A DNA stretch of 64,000 nucleotides from Candidatus Hydrogenedentales bacterium. Lineage in GTDB: Bacteria > Hydrogenedentota > Hydrogenedentia > Hydrogenedentales > JAEUWI01. Location: assembly GCA_041859365.1 (NCBI GenBank), contig JBHEKR010000124.1, positions 13,388 to 77,387 on the forward strand. Direction: 5' to 3'. The stretch's first letter is position 1. Each line of letters opens with the position of its first letter. The position numbers were made by a program, and so were the translations under genes. The notes beneath the pieces are model-generated. The model had not been told where the DNA came from, made no database searches, and worked only from the letters and a program-made list of their open reading frames with translations. Below are positions 58,929 through 64,000 of the stretch, one piece after another.

Positions 58929-59393
58929 ATGAAAAAATATCGATTCTTCAGCGATGAGCGTGGAGTGACGTTGATCGAAATTACCCTGGCCGTCGCCATC
59001 TTCGCGGGCGTAATAGGCGTAACCGCACAATCACTCATGTCCTTCTACGTCAGCATCGATATCCAGGAACAGCGCATGGAAGGCGTCCGCGCCTGCCAGA
59101 GTGTGATGGACGGCCTGCGCGAGAAACGGCTTGAGTTCAAGAATAATTTTCCGGAGGGACTCCTGACCTGGATCGAGACCCATAATGACAGTTCCTGGTC
59201 CGACTTCAAGGCGGATAACAGCGACCATGTGGAACTTGCGGATCAATCCATCGAAGTGACTTGCTTCAACGAGGCGGGTGAAGTGGCGGATGGGGGAGAC
59301 AACCCCGTCGTAGTCCATGTAACGACAAACTGGACCGATCGCAGGGGCCGCCCCCTTTCGGCCACCCTTGTCAGCATGTTGACGAACGAATAG
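58929..59393 (+). CDS. prepilin-type N-terminal methylation-domain protein (GspI/minor-pilin-like)
   Basis: The ATG at 58929 follows GGAG. Class III signal: KKYRFFSDERG / VTLIEITLAVAIFAGVIGV, with Glu at +5. Confidence 0.85.
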   Translation: MKKYRFFSDERGVTLIEITLAVAIFAGVIGVTAQSLMSFYVSIDIQEQRMEGVRACQSVMDGLREKRLEFKNNFPEGLLTWIETHNDSSWSDFKADNSDHVELADQSIEVTCFNEAGEVADGGDNPVVVHVTTNWTDRRGRPLSATLVSMLTNE

Positions 59394-59405
59394 GAGCGCA
59401 CGCCG

Positions 59406-60035
59406 ATGAAAAATAACGGACATACCATGGTTGAAGTAATGGTCTCGATGGGCATCCTTTCCGTCGTTTCCCTCCTGGGTTTTATTGTACTTCAATCCTC
59501 CACCACTTCCGCCCAGCTCGCCAACGCCAAAGTGGACGTTCAGAACAACCTTCGAGACACCGTCTCCGTGCTGAGCAGCGAATTGCGCGAAGGCGTGACC
59601 GAGATTACCACCGAGAAGACCGGCGCTCCCGAGGGCCTTTTCCCCGTGGCCATCGGCGATGAAGGCCGGTCGATCACCTTTCAGGTTCCCGAACCCGTTT
59701 CGGGGGAGGCCCTCTTTGCCTACTCCACGCCGATTACCTTTTCGCTCGAAAATGAAGACGCCAACGAGAACGGTCTGCTTGACCCCAATGAAGACACCAA
59801 CGGCGATGGCGCCTTGACACGGCGGATTGTGCGCTCCCAGAACGGCGAGACCGTGCCGGTCGCGGGTGCCTCGACCATCGAATTTGTAAATTTTGCTCTA
59901 CTGGCCAATCAGGCCGCAGATGTTGAAGACATGACCACCGTGCAAATTACCTTGCGTGGCAGCAAGCGATACGGAGCAGGTGAAGGTAAACCGCTTCTCG
60001 CCGAAACGACATCCAATATTCGCCTCGTCAATTAA
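59406..60035 (+). CDS. prepilin-type N-terminal methylation-domain protein (GspJ/minor-pilin-like) with Ca-loop-like motif
   Basis: MKNNG / HTMVEVMVSMGILSVVSLLGF, with Glu at +5. 209 aa. Contains EDANENGLLDPNEDTNGDG. Confidence 0.85.
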   Translation: MKNNGHTMVEVMVSMGILSVVSLLGFIVLQSSTTSAQLANAKVDVQNNLRDTVSVLSSELREGVTEITTEKTGAPEGLFPVAIGDEGRSITFQVPEPVSGEALFAYSTPITFSLENEDANENGLLDPNEDTNGDGALTRRIVRSQNGETVPVAGASTIEFVNFALLANQAADVEDMTTVQITLRGSKRYGAGEGKPLLAETTSNIRLVN

Positions 60036-60050
60036 GAAAGGAGGGGACCT

Positions 60051-62357
60051 ATGGATCATAGCCACCTTAAGAGAACAAATCAGGACGGTATCGCACTCGT
60101 ATTCGCCATGCTCGCCATCATCGTCATTCTGGGCTCGATGGGCCTGGTGATGACGGGCGTGCAGCGCGCAAAAAAAGAAACTGACCACGCCTACAACAAT
60201 GTGTTGCTTGAGGAAGCGGCCCAAGCCGGCGTCGACTTCGCCGTGGAGCAACTCTGGAACGACTACAAAGTCAGCAGTGGCAATACCACCGGCAACGTGG
60301 CGTCTTACAAGTTTTATCTGAACAACACGTCTGAAATTCCGATCAACGAAGACTTGAACTTCAACGGCACGAAAGATCCCGGTGAAGAGGGCAACGGCGA
60401 CGGCACTTTCGACACGCTACCCTCTGGCGTAGGCCAGTATGGCAAGGCCATCATCACGGAGCCCATTGATTTCAAGAAGCCCGGCACCGAAACCGTACTC
60501 GCGACGATCGAAAGCATAACGGTCGCCCGCTACGACACGGTATACGAGTCCCGGCTCACGGTCCGCTCCACGGCGACCCTCGACGGGGCGTCCAAGACTG
60601 CGGTGCAGGTACTGCGCATTGGCGGATCTCCCTTTGACCACGGCCAGTTTGCCATCCTCGCGAACAACATCAGTTGCATACTTTGTCACGCGGAGATACG
60701 CTCCCTTGATCTCGAGCGCAACAAAGATTCCAGCCGTTACGGTACCTTCGACCGGGTAAAGGTGGCGGCGCTTGAATCCCTCCTCGTCCGCACGGGATCG
60801 GAGCCCGACTCCCGGGTCGCCGGGTCGGTCTACACCCGCGGTCGCGTCTATCAGCCTAACGGCAGCGAATACACCGCCGCGGGCCTGGCCTCAACCGGCT
60901 TCGACGCCTATTCCTTCAGCAGTGAGGATGGAAAGATCACCCAGAGCGCCACGGGCGGAATGACGACGACCAACCTGGCGAACGCCGCAAAGAACGGCGA
61001 CGGCGAGTTGTTACAATTCGCAAACCTCTACATGGAATACCCCGAAGATGCGGAAGCGCAGACCGACGGCCCCCTTCCCGGGACCTTCCCCGCGCCTTAT
61101 CCCGACGAGGATGGCGACCGCGTGGTGGATGATTCCGAATTCGAAGTCATCGTTAACACGGCCAACGGAAGCATTGATTTCGAATTGGGCGTGGATGACC
61201 CGAGCGGCGCGATCACCAACGGTGTGGCCTACGGCATTCCGGATGGCGGCGTCTACACGGGTACCACCCTTCCGGAATCGTCCAATTCCGCGCTTTCTTC
61301 CCTGTCTACCGACGGCTACTACGACGGCAATTTGATTTTGATCGGAACCCCCCAGGATCCAATCAAGATCAACAATACCGTTGCAATCGACGGCGATCTG
61401 GTGATCAAAGGGGCGGTCGAGGGCGAGGGCAAGCTGCTGGTTCGCGGGAATACCTACATCATCGGCGATGTGACCTACAACGACGCCCCCGGTGAGTTCG
61501 GCGTAAATGAATCCGGCGAGACCAATGCCTTCGCGCTGGTATCGGGCGGAAGTGTCATGATGGGCGACTACACCACGATCCGTGGCGTCAACCACACCTC
61601 CTACAACGCCGATAAATATCCCACGTGGAGCCAGTACAGCATCCACACGCGGGATAAGAACCGGAGCAACAGCGTAACCCGTCTCAGTTCCACCCAGACC
61701 TTAAAATGGGGCTATTTCGACCCGTACTCAACGGATCCAAATCAGAAGGTTACCGGCACGCCCGGCAATCAGTTCAGCTTCACCATGTCCGAGCTTCAGT
61801 TGTTCAACCAGCTCGAACTGGAGAAGGCTGTGGCCGACAACACCTACACCCCCCGATTCTACGGCCTTCGCGAGAGCCAGCCGAACAACATCTGGCTCTA
61901 CGACGCCGCGGATGAGCATGCTGTTCATTACAATGACTCCGGTGTGAAGAAACTCAGCGACTACCTGGTTGCGAAGGGCTATCCGCTTGATATTCTCAGT
62001 CGTGCGGCCTACCACTACCTCAATCCGGACGGCAACTGGATGTCGGAGGACCAGTTGCGCCAGTTCTGGTATGACGACGAAATGTCCCGCCCGAGCAGCG
62101 GACGCGATTTCAAGTTCGACGGGCTGCTTTACAGCAACAACTCGATCTTCAACATCGTGCGCAGTATGGAGCGGCATTATTCTAATTCGAAGGGCAAGAT
62201 GACCATCCGCGGCGGCGTTATCGCGGCGGACCTGGGCATGTTCATCCCCGGAGGACTGAAGCTGCACTATGATCCGCGTGTGGAGCGATTCCTGAACGTC
62301 GCTGATACGGAACAGGTGGTTTTCGCCCGCGCGGCTTTCTACTTCGATCGCGGCTGA
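60051..62357 (+). CDS. large GspK/PilX-like pseudopilin-related protein (768 aa) with CXXCH motif
   Basis: The N-terminus KRTNQDG / IALVFAMLAIIVILGSMGLVM is a pilin-like hydrophobic helix without Glu+5, as in GspK. Contains EDLNFNGTKDPGEEGNGDG and CILCH. Confidence 0.8.
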   Translation: MDHSHLKRTNQDGIALVFAMLAIIVILGSMGLVMTGVQRAKKETDHAYNNVLLEEAAQAGVDFAVEQLWNDYKVSSGNTTGNVASYKFYLNNTSEIPINEDLNFNGTKDPGEEGNGDGTFDTLPSGVGQYGKAIITEPIDFKKPGTETVLATIESITVARYDTVYESRLTVRSTATLDGASKTAVQVLRIGGSPFDHGQFAILANNISCILCHAEIRSLDLERNKDSSRYGTFDRVKVAALESLLVRTGSEPDSRVAGSVYTRGRVYQPNGSEYTAAGLASTGFDAYSFSSEDGKITQSATGGMTTTNLANAAKNGDGELLQFANLYMEYPEDAEAQTDGPLPGTFPAPYPDEDGDRVVDDSEFEVIVNTANGSIDFELGVDDPSGAITNGVAYGIPDGGVYTGTTLPESSNSALSSLSTDGYYDGNLILIGTPQDPIKINNTVAIDGDLVIKGAVEGEGKLLVRGNTYIIGDVTYNDAPGEFGVNESGETNAFALVSGGSVMMGDYTTIRGVNHTSYNADKYPTWSQYSIHTRDKNRSNSVTRLSSTQTLKWGYFDPYSTDPNQKVTGTPGNQFSFTMSELQLFNQLELEKAVADNTYTPRFYGLRESQPNNIWLYDAADEHAVHYNDSGVKKLSDYLVAKGYPLDILSRAAYHYLNPDGNWMSEDQLRQFWYDDEMSRPSSGRDFKFDGLLYSNNSIFNIVRSMERHYSNSKGKMTIRGGVIAADLGMFIPGGLKLHYDPRVERFLNVADTEQVVFARAAFYFDRG

Positions 62358-62365
62358 GCCGCACG

Positions 62366-63367
62366 ATGACTGGGATTAAGTCGATTTTGGAGAACGTGCA
62401 GATGAGAAGTGGATGGCAACACGTCTTGCTGGCCGTCGCCCTGGTGGCGGCGACGGCAGGCGCCGATACCGTGTATCTGAAGAATGGCGTCGAGTTCGAT
62501 GGCGTGGTCACGCCGGTCCCCGATAATCCGGGGATCTTCAAGGTGACGGCCGGCGAGCGGAGCCTTATCTATCGCGCGGAAGAAATAGACCGTGTTGAAA
62601 AGAATGCCAAGACCGGAAAACTGAGCAAAGAAGAGATCCTGGCCAGTTGGGAAGAGCAGAATCGGATCCTCACCGAGGAAACGGGCCTTACGGCGGAGCA
62701 GCGCAGTCTCGTCATGGGGCTCATGTTCGAGCTGAAGACGGACAATGTTTCCAAGCGGGTAGCGGTGCGGGAGAAGTTGCTCGGACTCCAGAAGGAGTTC
62801 GACGCCTACAGTTTTCTCGCGAATCAGCTCCCCGGCGTCTCGATTCTGATCGCCCCCAATCTTCTGGAAGCGCTGGCCTATATGGACAGTTCTCGGGCGC
62901 TGGATTTGCTCCAGGGGGCCGCGGTGAACAACTACTTTGGCACCCGGGTCATGGCGATCGAGTTGCTCGGACGATTGGGCCATGGGGGCAGTAAAGATCT
63001 CATCGTGCGCGGGTTGGCCGACCACAAGCAGGAAGTTCAGATCAGCGCAATCTACGTGTTGGCGGGCATGGGTGCGCGGGACGTAACCCCGGCACTCATC
63101 AGCCTGTTGCCGAGTCCCGACGAGCGTGTCGCGAACGCAAGCCGCGAAGCCTTGCAGACGCTCTGGGCGAATGCCCTCCCCGATCCCAGACCGGACACTG
63201 TGGATGAATGGACCGCGTTCTGGAGCGCCCAGGAAAAGTCGGGAACACCCGTGCAGCTCGCGGACCTCAAGGCGCTCAGCAACCCGGAAGAAGAGATCGT
63301 GAGCAGTATCGATACCAATCACAAGGTGGGCTCCGGTGCGGACACGGTGATCGCGTCGGAAGGCTGA
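62366..63367 (+). CDS. secreted HEAT-repeat protein
   Basis: Signal-like WQHVLLAVALVAATAGA. C-terminal HEAT/PBS-lyase-type repeats (RVMAIELLGRLG..., EVQISAIYVLAGMG..., ERVANASREALQTL). Confidence 0.75.
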   Translation: MTGIKSILENVQMRSGWQHVLLAVALVAATAGADTVYLKNGVEFDGVVTPVPDNPGIFKVTAGERSLIYRAEEIDRVEKNAKTGKLSKEEILASWEEQNRILTEETGLTAEQRSLVMGLMFELKTDNVSKRVAVREKLLGLQKEFDAYSFLANQLPGVSILIAPNLLEALAYMDSSRALDLLQGAAVNNYFGTRVMAIELLGRLGHGGSKDLIVRGLADHKQEVQISAIYVLAGMGARDVTPALISLLPSPDERVANASREALQTLWANALPDPRPDTVDEWTAFWSAQEKSGTPVQLADLKALSNPEEEIVSSIDTNHKVGSGADTVIASEG

Positions 63368-63400
63368 GGTTCCCCTCCCTTAAAAAACCAATTAGAGCGG

Positions 63401-63429
63401 CCGACTTCCTGAATGGGTAGTCGGTTTTT
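63401..63429 (+). terminator. candidate Rho-independent terminator after the HEAT-repeat gene
   Basis: Stem CCGACT (63401-63406) / AGTCGG (63419-63424), 12-nt loop, then TTTTT at 63425-63429. Confidence 0.45.
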
Positions 63430-63459
63430 GCTTTGTGCGCCCGGCATCGCAGATGTCCC

Positions 63460-63482
63460 ACCGGGACGTGTACCGGGACGTG
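63460..63482. promoter_or_regulatory. tandem direct repeat ACCGGGACGTG x2 (12-nt period) just upstream of a promoter candidate
   Basis: Copies at 63460-63470 and 63472-63482, preceded by the complementary GTCCC at 63455-63459. Confidence 0.4.
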
Positions 63483-63486
63483 AAGC

Positions 63487-63516
63487 TTGGGGATCGGGGG
63501 CAGGTCAGACTATAAT
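63487..63516 (+). promoter_or_regulatory. sigma70-like promoter candidate TTGGGG-N18-TATAAT
   Basis: TATAAT at 63511-63516. GGAG at 63531-63534 lies 8 nt before the ATG at 63543. Confidence 0.4.
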
Positions 63517-63542
63517 GCTGGACTAACCCAGGAGTGAATACC

Positions 63543-64000
63543 ATGTCGGGAATTTCAGTTTTGCTGTGTGTTGCGGCGCTTGCCGCTCCGGTGTCGGTCG
63601 ATGTAACCAAGCCCCCTGCGCGTAACATTTCCGAGTACAACCTCTTCAAAGATGCCGCCCGGCAGATTCCCAATGATGACGTCCTGCCTTACGATCTGAA
63701 TACCCCCCTTTACTCGGACTACGCCAGCAAGCATCGCTTCATCTGGTTGCCGGAAGGTGCTCATGCGGAATATCGCGACCGCGACGTTTTCGAGTTCCCC
63801 GTTGGCACGGTGATCGCCAAGACCTTCGGCTTCTTGAAGGACATCCGGGACGCTTCAAAGGGAGAGCGCATCGTGGAAACCCGTCTGCTTATCCACAAGC
63901 CCGAGGGTTGGGCGGGTTTCGCCTACATCTGGAACGAGGACGCCACCGAAGCCCGGCTGGCCGTCGCGGGCGGTCGGGCGGATGTGTCATGGACACACTA
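63543..64000 (+). CDS. conserved secreted hypothetical protein, N-terminal fragment (possibly TIGR03806/HNE_0200-like); runs off the right window edge
   Basis: My own translation from the ATG at 63543: MSGISVLLCVAALAAPVSVDVTKPPARNISEYNLFKDAARQIPNDDVLPYDLNTPLYSDYASKHRFIWLPEG...FPVGTVIAKTF...ETRLLIHKPEGWAGFAYIWNED. No stop before 64000. The family assignment is from memory and weak. Confidence 0.7.
   Translation, partial: MSGISVLLCVAALAAPVSVDVTKPPARNISEYNLFKDAARQIPNDDVLPYDLNTPLYSDYASKHRFIWLPEGAHAEYRDRDVFEFPVGTVIAKTFGFLKDIRDASKGERIVETRLLIHKPEGWAGFAYIWNEDATEARLAVAGGRADVSWTH

Overview
GC-rich, gene-dense bacterial chromosomal segment with about 50 credible CDS. I saw no rRNA, tRNA, CRISPR array, transposase, integrase or phage gene. 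The window spans the dnaA locus (36318-37709), which has a DnaA-box cluster and an AT-rich stretch just upstream. Genes to the left of dnaA are mostly on the minus strand, so this is probably origin-proximal core chromosome, not an island. The phylum is uncertain. A Planctomycete-type cytochrome c domain, many prepilin-like proteins and FG-GAP/TPR/HEAT secreted proteins suggest a PVC- or Hydrogenedentota-like organism, yet fabA looks very proteobacterial.

Recognisable content:
- fabA and a secreted glycoside-hydrolase-like protein
- a NatA/NatB-type ABC exporter whose permease is fused to a CPBP protease domain
- a seven-gene translationally coupled MoxR/DUF58 cluster with DUF4129-, DUF4350-, SpoIIM- and RDD-like partners
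- an SDR/DegT aminotransferase fusion
- an ECF sigma/anti-sigma pair
- ligA coupled to an Mla/MCE operon
- a second MoxR-DUF58-transglutaminase module
- pdxA, mazG-like, dnaA, def and recR
- a MarR-controlled RND efflux operon
- a secreted kinase/protease/CsgG-like cluster
- a minor-pseudopilin (GspI/J/K-like) module

No obviously new defence or mobile system is present. The best candidates for undescribed biology are:
- the seven-gene MoxR membrane cluster
- the pseudopilin tip module, with a giant K-like protein carrying a CXXCH motif and a calcium-loop motif shared with its neighbour
- three unusual intergenic repeat architectures: a heptad-built perfect 24-bp hairpin, a heptad-built long inverted repeat, and four GGGAC-N-GTCCC palindromes
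- several enzymes with substituted catalytic residues: MlaF-like Walker B FDG, alpha/beta hydrolase GHGLGG, SDR FxxxK, and a Cys-less thioredoxin fold

All family calls come from motif recognition by eye. No searches were run.
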